Shown piece by piece: positions 25,001 to 34,600 of a stretch of 64,000 nucleotides of DNA. Positions within the stretch are counted from its first letter, which is position 1, and each line of letters starts with the position of its first letter. Source of the stretch: Phoronis australis. Lineage: Eukaryota > Animalia > Phoronida. The notes under the pieces are model-generated. The model made no database searches. It was not told the origin of the DNA and saw nothing but the letters and a program-made list of their open reading frames with translations. The position numbers and the translations under genes are program-made. The stretch lies in assembly GCA_002633005.1 (NCBI GenBank), contig NMRA01000625.1, positions 1-64,000 of the forward strand. The letters run 5' to 3'.

Positions 25001-28000
25001 TCGATAGGGGAACCTTTGATAGAAACGGACAGTTTCTGTTGTTTTGATTTCTGGTGAATTACCAACAGCAAGGACTTGGTTTTACAAACGTTAAGAGTGA
25101 GTTTATTTTGAACCACAAGCGGAATACGTACCATTCTCCACTAAAAAATTACCCGCATAGAAAGAACTCTAAGCTCAAAGACCCCTTAGCAAGCACAATC
25201 CTTAGTTCAACATGCAGTGAAATCTTGCGCGGTGAATTTTCCTTGTGCGCGGTAAAGAGTAATTGTTCCGTTAAGAAGGAGTGGTTGCGATTCCCGGAGA
25301 TATCATGGTAAGTTTTTATTCCTTGATAAGAGGTTTGCGCCGGTAGCGGAAATTCAGCTATCGCTCTAGACTAGAAGTAACAAGTTCTAAATTTGATTCA
25401 TTCCACCCATGCTTTTTACAATGACGATTTTGAGGCGCTAAATTCAGATTCAAAGCAATGATTAGGCGGTCACTGTTAAATCTGCCCCAATGATGAAACC
25501 AGTTTTCTCTATTTTTCTGTTTCTGTGCAATCGTACAATTGTTTATGTTAAGGAAGATGATAGAATTATCTGTTACTCTTTCCATTTTTATAATATAACC
25601 GTCCGTGTTAAGGAGTCCCCTTTCAGACGTGGTCCTCTCTTAGACGAGAGGCTCGGTCAATTTCCCCTTTACATCCCGTTTGATTCTGTCAACTATTTAC
25701 CTGAGAAAGTAGATAAGATTGAAAATTGGACGAAACAACGCAGACCATGTTCGTGCAAATCACAGTAGTATCGCTGTGCAGCACAAACAAAGAAACATCT
25801 GAAATTATGGGGAAAAGCGATAGCGTTTACCTCCACTGAACTAGGCCACTATTATTTTCGAGGGTTTTGTAACAAAAAAAAAATTTATGCTTTTTCCTGA
25901 AGATCATTATTAAGTGAGCATTGTTGATGAAAAAGTTATTGTTCCGAGGAGACTTGAACGTGTCGGGGTATGGTGTTTTAATGACAGTGTGTAGTGTAAA
26001 TGTCTAACGGTTTAAATTGCTCAAAGTACTTGTACTGACAATCTCATTGAACACACGACTTGACTCTGATTTTCCCGTTTAATCGGCAGTTTTTCATCGC
26101 CCTCTCCCTCTATCGTCTGGATCAGATCTTATAGCATTTGCCCCAAAACACCACGACAACGAATTAAACAATCCACAATACAAAACGCGGTACTTGGGTC
26201 ATTGGGTTCATCTTAGGTGTGAGTAAAATTCGCGCCTTATTTCAACAATGGAAATAAATGAAGCACACACGGTAAGAGAACAACAGGAATATCAAAGGCC
26301 AGAGTTAGAACGACAGAGTGCTCCACTGTATGAAAATAACAATCACGTAGGACCTACATCAATATATATAGTTTCAGGACGTTTGTTCCATAATAAAGAT
26401 GAAATAACTCCCACCAATCACCTATATTTATATGATGACAAAGTTTTAATGAAACCACTATATTGACAACTCATAGTTGGAGATTCAAATTTTATTATCA
26501 AATCTTCAAGGATTTTTATTCTAAATGCATCCTGTTTTGGTTACAAACGCAGGTGTTATCCACTTCGGCACAGGTGACGTCATTTGCGTGGACCATTTGG
26601 AAATAATAGACCGTATTTGTAAATTAAATGACAGCTTGCGAGACGAATTCAATTGTTACGGTCATGAGATCCGATAGACCACGGTAGAGTTCAGTAGCTA
26701 TCTGGCGGCTAGCCAAAATCACGTGTCATTATTTAATACACGGCAATATCTCGGGTAATCACGCGAAGTCTTGCTTTTCTAGCAAGGCCCTAGAGTCATT
26801 AAACTCTACCCAGATTACATTTTTTTAACAAATCACCTGCCTACGCAACTTTTTAAATATTATTTCCGACAACGAAGTTTTTGTTTTCATGTTCAGGGAT
26901 CTAGTGTTTCGTCAAAAGCGACTGGCGCTCCTCATAACTACTGGTGAAAAAAAATTTAATCTCATTTTGGCAAATATACAAAGTCTCTGAGAATGTACCC
27001 ATTAGTTCTAGTTTTTGAGATAATGTTGTAGAAATTATTTTTAGATTGTGAACTTGTGATCAGCTAATAAATACTATACTAGTTATTTTTTCATGAATTA
27101 TGAATTGAGAGCACGAGACTCAGGTCCCTGACCAAGAACTACATAAAGCTTTAACTATGCTGGTTTTATTTTCTGTCTTTGGATGAACAATGTTGTTAAT
27201 GACTGTTAACACGGAATACGACTGAGTATGACAGAGACACAGCGGATCGCCATATTGCATGGTTACGTGGTCTCCTGTGCCCGGTTCCATGAAGCAGTCC
27301 CAAATATGGACTCAACTAAGTTCCCTAAGTCTAGAGAGTATTTTTGGCCTTGTGAAAACATCGATTGTTTTTTCTTGTATTGTTTTAGTTTCATTTTAAG
27401 TCAAATTTTGACTTTTATACAAATCGAGAGTGAACTCTACGTTGAATTGTCAATATTATCGAAAACAATTAGGGATATTTTCATGCAACACCCCCAATTT
27501 AAGGACTGAGTCTCTATTTATTTTCAATAAACTCTGAGCCCAGTGTTTAGTTATAGTGTTAGAAAATGTCATTAATCAAAGAGGAGCTCATAATAAAGAT
27601 GAAATGATAAAAATATTACAACCGTGAGTCCATAAAGACAGAAATACGCAAAAAGACTTAGGGACCTCAGATGAGTCCCTACTTGGGACTATTTCATACA
27701 AACGGCCACTGGGATTAAAATTTTCAGTCCTTGTGCAAGGAACCAGCAATATTTGTTCCTAGCTTGGAGTGATAAATTTTTGGTCCAGAGGTGTTCAGTT
27801 TTTCTCCTGAGGTGATAAATTATAGGACCTGTTGTGATAAATTCTGGTTTCCTGTTTTTGTTGATAAATTCTAGTCTTGGGTTGCTTTTGACCCAAGAGA
27901 TATTTTTGAATATAAAATATGTGTCTTAAAATTTTGTCCGCTTTGGCAATAGGCATCTGAGTGGAACAGAACATAATTATGGTTCATATAAAGCTAAGGC

Positions 28001-28984
28001 AGCACATGTACAATCTACACACTCAGATGAGAGTTATACTCATTCATCAGATATGCCCCGAACAAACGTGTCAAGGTCTGTAGTTGCTAGTTTCAGGACG
28101 TTTTGTTTCATAGTTTGCTAGTCTTGAAGCACATAGATTTGAAGCCATGGCCGAAAGCGTTCAAAGGAAATATAGCAAGTTCATTTTCAGATCTGACATT
28201 ATAACATGAAAGTTTAATTTGGAGTTTAGGAACACAAGTTCTCAAATGTAACAAAAAGGAACGCGACTGCTATTTTTTGCAAAAATACGTTACGTTTTGC
28301 GAGTGAATTTGACAAAGAAACAAAACTAAATGAGTAATCGAAAATTCCAAACAGCGTTTTTGAGGTACATTTCGAAGTTTTCGTTTAAAAAGAGTTTCAT
28401 TAAAATCTTCCCAGAAGTTATTTTGCAATGGATATAGCTTTCTTAAAATGGATTTTTTTCTTTAAAAAGATTGTATGGTAATAATAATAATAATAAAAAC
28501 ATTGATATAAAACATATTTTTATAATCTCTTCTTTCTTTCAGAAAATTTATACTTTTACTTGTTGACGTAGTTTGGTTGTTGTGATATATGTCTTACAGT
28601 GAAGGTCACTAAATAAGGTTTGAGATAACCTTAAGTGAAGGAATGATTGCAGATGTCACTTTTAACGGTATTGATAGAAAACAAGGTAAATTACCTGTTC
28701 CACTCTTAAGTGGCCACTTCTATAACTTGTTTTTGTTGATTTGATCAAAAGATTCAACGCCAAATTTTACAGCAAAAAACAGCCATTACCGTGATCATGT
28801 CATGTCTTTGAACGCTGTCGTCAAGATCAATCAATCCGGCCACTTTACCGGACTTCTTCATGTAAAATTCTTCTCCGCTCTTCTCATGCTTCACAGAATT
28901 TTCTTGGTTGAAGTACAGATTTTCATCCGAGACTGCGACAGTTAACACCACTACCCAACTCAAAAGAAGAAGGCGCAGCACCAT
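733..28984 (-). CDS. Copy A, complete 21-exon gene (~1532 aa): secreted protein with two Hedgehog N-terminal (Hedge) domains plus a peptidase-M15-like domain, no Hint domain
   Basis: Exons joined by hand; every junction is phase-compatible with GT-AG (one GC-AG) sites; total 4599 nt including stop. Hedge motifs ILFKNEE, ADRHM, LMVINAFDE, SIHKEGRAA, LGQMAVMAEFDYV, YVHVGVK align to Hh [50 protein letters not shown]. Confidence 0.85.
3254..3441 (-). CDS. Copy A exon 20
   Basis: Acceptor atttcag|CT, donor AAG|gtaagt. Confidence 0.85.
3837..4076. mobile_element. MITE with TIR catgcg(c/g)cacccag and 5-bp TSD gaaac
   Basis: Inverted ends catgcgcgcacccag / ctgggtgggcgcatg; absent at the matching copy-B site (~34895); truncated relative at ~32475-32695. 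Confidence 0.75.
4939..5142 (-). CDS. Copy A exon 19
   Basis: Acceptor ttccag|GG, donor G|gtacgt; synonymous changes vs copy B. Confidence 0.85.
5700..5902 (-). CDS. Copy A exon 18
   Basis: Branch-like ctaac plus ttccag|T acceptor, donor G|gttaga. Confidence 0.83.
6705..6801 (-). CDS. Copy A exon 17 (GPAISALDVDTACTFKLG...)
   Basis: Acceptor gttttag|GT, donor TT|gtaagt; 97 nt in both copies. Confidence 0.82.
7627..7828 (-). CDS. Copy A exon 16 (end of M15-like domain, GIGVHKNELYFDFRP)
   Basis: Acceptor ttttcag|GCT, donor G|gtaaag. Confidence 0.85.
8972..9581 (-). CDS. Copy A exon 15 (end of Hedge 2 LGQLAQCAGFDFVEY; start of M15-like domain)
   Basis: Acceptor attacag|G, donor AAG|gttagt, 610 nt in both copies. 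Confidence 0.9.
11938..12084 (-). CDS. Copy A exon 14 (Hedge 2: LAKLVEEKWSG-NKLVVEFAWDE)
   Basis: Acceptor tttttag|G, donor CA|gtgagt; matches Hh [22 protein letters not shown]. Confidence 0.87.
12363..12536 (-). CDS. Copy A exon 13 (Hedge 2: NDVVF, Cys insert, RDRVMTHR)
   Basis: Acceptor atttag|C, donor AG|gtagac. Confidence 0.85.
13945..14101. mobile_element. MITE with TIR (c)aggggcggatccag and 5-bp TSD tatct
   Basis: Ends aggggcggatccag / ctggatccgcctatg; also present in copy B at ~56930-57061, so it predates the duplication. Confidence 0.7.
14337..14494. repeat. 22-bp minisatellite (gaattggcgacaaagctgtgat), about 7 units
   Basis: Directly visible tandem units; only about 2 units in copy B (~57313-57360). 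Confidence 0.95.
15024..15183 (-). CDS. Copy A exon 12 (start of Hedge 2, SACGKIGIPVTR)
   Basis: Acceptor ctttcag|CG; GC donor GG|gcaagt is needed for the phase-2 join to exon 13. Confidence 0.8.
15844..16191 (-). CDS. Copy A exon 11 (Hedge 1 core: SIHKEGRAA, AEFDYV, VHVGVK)
   Basis: Acceptor ttcaaag|GG, donor A|gtaagt; Hh-N motifs. Confidence 0.88.
16378..16598 (-). CDS. Copy A exon 10 (Hedge 1: ILFKNEE, Cys insert, ADRHM)
   Basis: Acceptor ttccag|A, donor C|gtaagt; Hh-N motifs. Confidence 0.88.
17684..17890 (-). CDS. Copy A exon 9 (start of Hedge domain 1, ACGKIIRQVER)
   Basis: Acceptor gacag|G, donor TC|gtaagt; conserved in copy B. Confidence 0.85.
18942..19079 (-). CDS. Copy A exon 8 (LSQTVDFSTYIYGYG...GKIFW)
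   Basis: Acceptor atttcag|A, donor TG|gtaaga; several differences to copy B are synonymous in this frame. Confidence 0.8.
20152..20255 (-). CDS. Copy A exon 7
   Basis: Acceptor poly-T aacag|CTG, donor GG|gtaagt, phase 0->2. Confidence 0.72.
20523..20653 (-). CDS. Copy A exon 6
   Basis: Acceptor ctttcag|CC, donor AAG|gtatgg, phase 1->0. Confidence 0.72.
21736..21994 (-). CDS. Copy A exon 5
   Basis: Acceptor cattttag|ATT, donor A|gtaagt, phase 0->1. Confidence 0.75.
22411..22456 (-). CDS. Copy A exon 4 (46-nt exon KLVIKKREIVDFEVK)
   Basis: Acceptor cttgcag|C, donor AAG|gtaagg; supplies the required phase 2->0 change. Confidence 0.7.
22812..23192 (-). CDS. Copy A exon 3 (furin site RHRVRR|S; LYCKECY)
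   Basis: Acceptor ctcttcag|A, donor AC|gtgagt, 381 nt open, phase 2->2. Confidence 0.78.
23895..24145 (-). CDS. Copy A exon 2 (DIKCVRNG...STVPAG)
   Basis: Acceptor ttttaag|GAT, donor GG|gtaagt, 251 nt open, phase 0->2. Confidence 0.75.
24640..25135 (-). mobile_element. Degenerate CR1/L2-type LINE reverse-transcriptase C-terminal fragment in intron 1
   Basis: NKLTLNVCKTK, FKYLGLILDPNFKFNMHI, IQNRAARVILG motifs with frameshifts. Confidence 0.8.
28790..28984 (-). CDS. Copy A exon 1 (signal peptide MVLRLLLLSWVVVLTVAVS-D)
   Basis: ATG at 28984, hydrophobic leader, donor ACG|gtaatg (phase 0) matches exon 2. Confidence 0.7.
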
Positions 28985-29942
28985 TCTTGCTGTGCGTTCT
29001 CGTTGGCGATAAATAACCAAAATGGCGATCCTACGTAAAAACTAGTGAAGCGATTCTGGTATGCGCTGTTAAAGATCCGGGTCGACCACCCTTCTCTTGT
29101 ATATTGGGGCGTAAACCTGTGACGTGAGTATTTGCTTTTGACACTCGACAGGGCATTCATTGAACTCTTTTGTCAACATCATTTTTAGTCGCCATTGACC
29201 TACGAAGTGTGTCAAAGGTTCAGCGCCATGCAGTTGTTTATACGGTCATAAAACAGCCGTTTGGTCGTGAATAGAGCGGCGTACTCTAACTGGCCAAAAA
29301 TCATTACGGCGTTTTCCCGCTGATCCTAACTTATTCGATTCTGTAGCCCAACAACAAGCTCCTATGGCCAATATCTTAGACGATTGATTAACTCCAGTCT
29401 GGCATTACGGTTGGAGAGCCAGGTCTCTTTTGCTCGATAATTGCTCTAGTCTCCAATAAGATCGTATCTAGTCTGACTGGGCTGTGCTGTTAAAAATAAA
29501 GGTTAATTAAGTTATAACATATTTGAACATAAACCAATTGCGTTTCTGAATTCCTCGTCAAACGCTGATCATGTCTAGATTTTGAATCGCCAAAATCGCC
29601 CAACTACAACCGAAGTTACTACAATCTATTCTTTCCGAACGTATCAATTCGCTGTGGGTTTGACCGTGTTCATAGGTGGTCTATAATAAGCCTGGTTGAG
29701 AATTGGCCTGCCTGTTGTCATACCAGACAAAAGACTGTGCTTGGCACAGTCAACAAAGGAGCTAGATGTTATAATAAACTTTTTAGTTCTTTGCAAACAG
29801 TCGACAGGCACTTAGTTTTATGGCATAATGAGGTGTCATTAAAGGATTATGTACGTGACCAATACAATGGGCTATGGTGTTCGCATTTGCTAATTCCAAC
29901 CGTCGGATGATGGTCGTCCGACGGGCCCATCATGTCCACCGA

Positions 29943-30190
29943 TTGCATTGATATACTACTGTGTAATTATTGCATTGATATACTACTGTGTAATTATTGC
30001 ATTGATATACTACTGTGTAATTATTGCATTGATATACTACTGTGTAATTATTGCATTGATATACTACTGTGTAATTAGCCGGATACCCACCCTTTGCATT
30101 GAAATACTACTGAGTAATTAGGATACCCACCCATTGCATTAATATACTACTGTGTAATTACACCTGTAGGATACCCACCCATTGCATTGG
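29943..30190. repeat. 27-bp tandem repeat (attgcattgatatactactgtgtaatt), 5 units plus diverged units interrupted by ggatacccaccc
   Basis: Directly visible. Confidence 0.95.
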
Positions 30191-31364
30191 TCTACACTGT
30201 AGATGTCATATAAAAATGGTGTGGCTGGGTATAATTTTATTGTATATGGTATGGAATACGTACACGAACACGTTTTTACAGGAAGCTTCACTGCCACTAA
30301 CTTATTCCAAATTAAAGTTTCCAATTTTGGCTTGATTTACGGTAAAAATCCGCCAGCGTGGGGGAGTCTTTAACATTTAGGACACTAAAATTCAAACCAA
30401 CATTGAATTTTCTTGATTCTGAAGATCGAGACATGAGTGATTTTGGCATTAATCATATTTCTCAAATATTGGAAATTGTAGTTTGTATCAACAAAGTCTG
30501 AGATAAAATCGTCGAAAATAGCTGCTAATGCAAAATTTGCTTTTCTTATGATTCTTGAATTTAGAGGACGACCAACATTGCATATTTCTAAATTTTGGTA
30601 CTGGCTCCTGCCTTGACCAAAAAATCTAATTTTCACTGTTCTAAATTGGAGAACTTTTACAGTACTTAGCGCTGTGCAGCCTGGATTACAGAACAAAAAC
30701 AGGATTTGCAAATATTCCAACAACGTCAGGCCTGTAGCCAGGGAATGTCCGAAGGATAAAGCCCCAACATTCATCGGAGTTAGAGATTTGCTCATCGACA
30801 TACATCGTCGTGTTAGTCATATCAATTTGTTTCTAACAGATTTAGCTGCGTCTGCATCTTAACGACACGAGTAGAAGCGGAAGGAACCGAGGAGAGAGAG
30901 AAGATTTGACGATGAAGGACAGAATGACCGATTATGACTGGGGGAAACTGTTGATCGGACGAGGCTGCTGAAGAGCAAGCAAAAGGTCTATTAATCATAC
31001 CATTAATGTTGGATCCCCGTTTCACTATCTGGCTGCAGGCCTGGCCACCTCAGGTGCATGTCAACACTGTCTTTGATTTAAAGGCCGGGTCTAATCGTTT
31101 ACTTTAACATTTAGTAGCTATACGCATTGTAGACACTTCAAACACTTACATGTACAAAATCAATCGTGCCATATTGGCCCATACAGTTATTATAGCTGAG
31201 AGTTTCAGGAATAATTCACTTCCTTTTAGTAAAAGCCTGTGTCAGTGAAAACTTAACAAAGTTAAAACTTGATTTTCGTGAATATCAAAATAAAATGCCA
31301 AAGTGAGTGCGTTAATACGAGAAATGGAGATTAAGCAGGATTCATTCACTGAAAAACATGATAT

Positions 31365-31694
31365 TTATCCAGTCATTCTCTTATCAACCCATTCCATTTC
31401 CCAATTCAGAACAGCTTCTCGTTGAGCCACATCCTTCGCCTCTTGTGCGAGAACCGTTTTGGATTTCTTCTCCTCTAGGTCTTTCGGATCTCCGACTTCG
31501 TACGCCGTGAGTGCAGGTCTGGCCAGTTTGGGACAAACAGTACCTGCCCAGACCTCAGCAGAGTTGACAATGGAGCTCATAATCATGTTTTCTTTGATCT
31601 CGTACGCTTTTTTGTTTACCGACTTCATCTTAGACAGCGAAGGCGAGAAGTAGACCTTGATCAGGTCGACCTTTGTGTTGTAGGTCATCATAAT
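31365..31694 (-). CDS. Copy B exon 21 (ends VDKRMTG*)
   Basis: Paralog of 733-1065. Confidence 0.85.
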   Translation of the reverse strand: MMMTYNTKVDLIKVYFSPSLSKMKSVNKKAYEIKENMIMSSIVNSAEVWAGTVCPKLARPALTAYEVGDPKDLEEKKSKTVLAQEAKDVAQREAVLNWEMEWVDKRMTG

Positions 31695-34600
31695 CTGAAA
31701 AGGAAAGTTTCATAATTTATTTTTTGTGCTATTGGTGTTTTATTTCTGACAAAGTACCAATTTCAAAATTCATTTAGGTACCCAGTGACTCCAGTAGAGC
31801 TCAGCTGTGTTTTCCGTAGACGTAAGAACCTCACGAAAATTACGCGCAAGACTCTGTGAAGTATGGCTATGTATTACAAGCAAGAAGCGTGATTAAACTA
31901 ACTTATTTCGCCTACTTAGCCTCGGTTCGTCCCCATTTACCTAGGTAAATCGTATCTTGAACAAAAGTCAATCGATGAAACAAATAAAAATATATGATGT
32001 TTGTACTTTTTATAAATCGAAATGATAACAGGTTACAATGGCATGTAAATACAGACAACTACATGCATAATATGGGAATACTCGAAAACTGCACAGATCA
32101 TTCTATTACAAAACGATAAGGAAGTGATGTAGATTTTGATCAAGTCGCTATTTTGATTTGAAATAAAAATCGCATTTTTTGCTGTTGGCTGATTTTCTTC
32201 CCACGAAATTCTGAACTGTACTTGGAAATTGGTTCACTCAACATGGAAACAAAGCCTGTGATAGCATCAATGCTTATTCTTATGAAAGAAATACGTGCTA
32301 GAATTTTAAAAAGTATTCACATTTAGCGACGTTGCGTCCGCATGTCGCGGACTTCAGTTTGGTCCCCGATGTTTTGGCAGATAAATGGAACGTTTGCCAT
32401 AAACAGAACTCCAGACATGAGTAATGTAAAGTTACCTATCGGAATCATGCAGTTTATAGAAACCTCTAGTTTCGCATGCGTACACCCAGCGGAGGGGGGT
32501 GGGGCTCGGGGGGCTCGAACGAGCCCCCCCCATTTGGCGAAGTGGGCAAAAAGGTCAGGCCTCTGAGAAATAAAAAGTCCAAGAAAATGAGACAAAAGTC
32601 CCCTAAACAAGCACGAACGCCCAATTCAAGTTTTTTTTAGTCCGCCCGTCTTTTTGTTACCAAAATGTCCACAACGGCAAGAATTCGAGCCCCCTGGTCG
32701 GGAATAAGTTCTGGTAGATGGCGAGAACATAGTTGACCGACTCTCAATTAAGTGATGCAGCGTGCCCCAGTTACTCGCTACTCCACCCGACGAAGGTCTC
32801 GAGGTAAGATCGATAGCTAGTGGTTTTTATAAAGTTCATGACTCAAGAATACAGCTTTACATTACTCAAGTCACATGAAGTTTATGGAGCGCAAGGTAAG
32901 GACACTAAGTGTTGAGACAGTTTATTCTGTGAAACAAAACAGTGACCTTTTAGATGGATAGGTGTCACCACCGTCGTCTCAATTATGGATGACTCTTCTG
33001 TTTTTAGTCACCCATGCAGTACAGGGCAAAGTTTTGAAACAAGGGATGTTATGTCAACCAAGCATCTGTTACAGGGTGATCAAATTGTGCCACCGGGGGA
33101 GGTCATCTCACCCCATATCTGCCATGATTACCTCAGACAGGAAATCCTTCAAAGGACAACAGAAAACTTGAATACTTAAAAATGATGTCGCTCTGATTTT
33201 AAAACCACTTTTAGGAGAAAACCAATGGCTCATAAGAAACAGAACAGAATAAAATTTACCACTGCCAGGGCACATGATCCAAAGGAATTTTGGAAAATTG
33301 TTCAATCTTGTGTTGGCAATAAGTCAATCACACCAGAAAGGTGGCATGACCCTTTTGAATCAGCCTTCCAGTGTGACAATTCCAGTCAAGTCATTTATCT
33401 TGAGACTAGCAATGAGGACTTGGAAGCGCACTCTATTGAGTGTTTTGAATGTTCACGTGGTATGCCCAAGCAATTGAATGCCGAATTTAATTACTATTTC
33501 TTGTTTTGCTCCTCTGGTGGATATGTATCTGGTTGCGTTCACTTTTTATGTATATACATGTAGGCCTACAGGAAAGAAACGGACAATATTGTAAAATGGC
33601 AAAAGGGATTTTAAATAAAATTGAAATTTGTTGAATCCACTCTAGCAGAGTTACTACTAGACAGAATAATTAAGTTCATATAGAGTGCAGCATGCCTCCA
33701 GAGCTCACGTTCATTTCTCTGTTCACGTCTCCATTAACACAACAATATAAATTCATTTTCATGTCTATTAAGATCAATCGAAAATGATGTCAAAGTCACC
33801 AAATTCGACCTTTACTAACGCCTGGAGATGGTCCAACTTACACTTACATTTCACCGTGCACCCCAAACGAAAAGCATGGAACGCCATATCGCGTCTTTTT
33901 CGTGATTGAGTCGAATTTTTACCGTGTGCTACTCAAACGATTGTGGTTCTCGCAAGTGCAATAAAAAAAAAACACAAAAGTACTTCTCTAGAGCAATCGT
34001 GCCAAAGTCCACTCACGTTCCATGCATTTCCCCTTTTTCTGTTAATATGTACATTGTTATCCCTTGTTCGTTCTCTAACCTACCTCACTTGTGCTACGGT
34101 ACTGACGAAGGGCGGTTGGAGTGTACGGACATTTTAATAAATATCACCGACATAGCTGTTTTTTGTATTTCTTGTTTTATGTCGTCTCACACGTCGTTAT
34201 GGTTTCATCTCTGTCCTACTCATGCACCCTGTATTTCGCATAACGAAACAAACAACAACTCTAAAGCGGTAAGAGTTGGTCATAAACTCACCAAATGTGA
34301 CATCTTCCAGCCTCAACTTACCTTCATCAGCTTCTTCATGATTCCCAGGTCTCCGTACTTGTCAATAAACACAGTCACGTTTCCTTTAGCATTCATGGCT
34401 AACATCTGATGTATCATTTCCAGAAGAGGGGAAGGGTTTTTCTCACCATACAGTTCAACTTCAATACTTCTATCTGTATCCGGCTTGTAGCGCGCACGGA
34501 CACTTGGAGCTGAAATGTGGTAAAAGAAAAAATAAGCTGTGTAGAGCTCATTTTGCACGAGTAACATCTGAAATAAAGATGGAGTTTAGAACTGGATGTA

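Noticed and set aside
28841-28849. Alternative exon-1 donor TCCG|gtaaag
   Set aside because: Phase 1, incompatible with exon 2; no bridging exon found
29090-29130. CCAAT plus TATA-like (ccaatatacaag) and CRE-like motifs upstream of exon 1
   Set aside because: Short motifs expected by chance; no transcription start evidence
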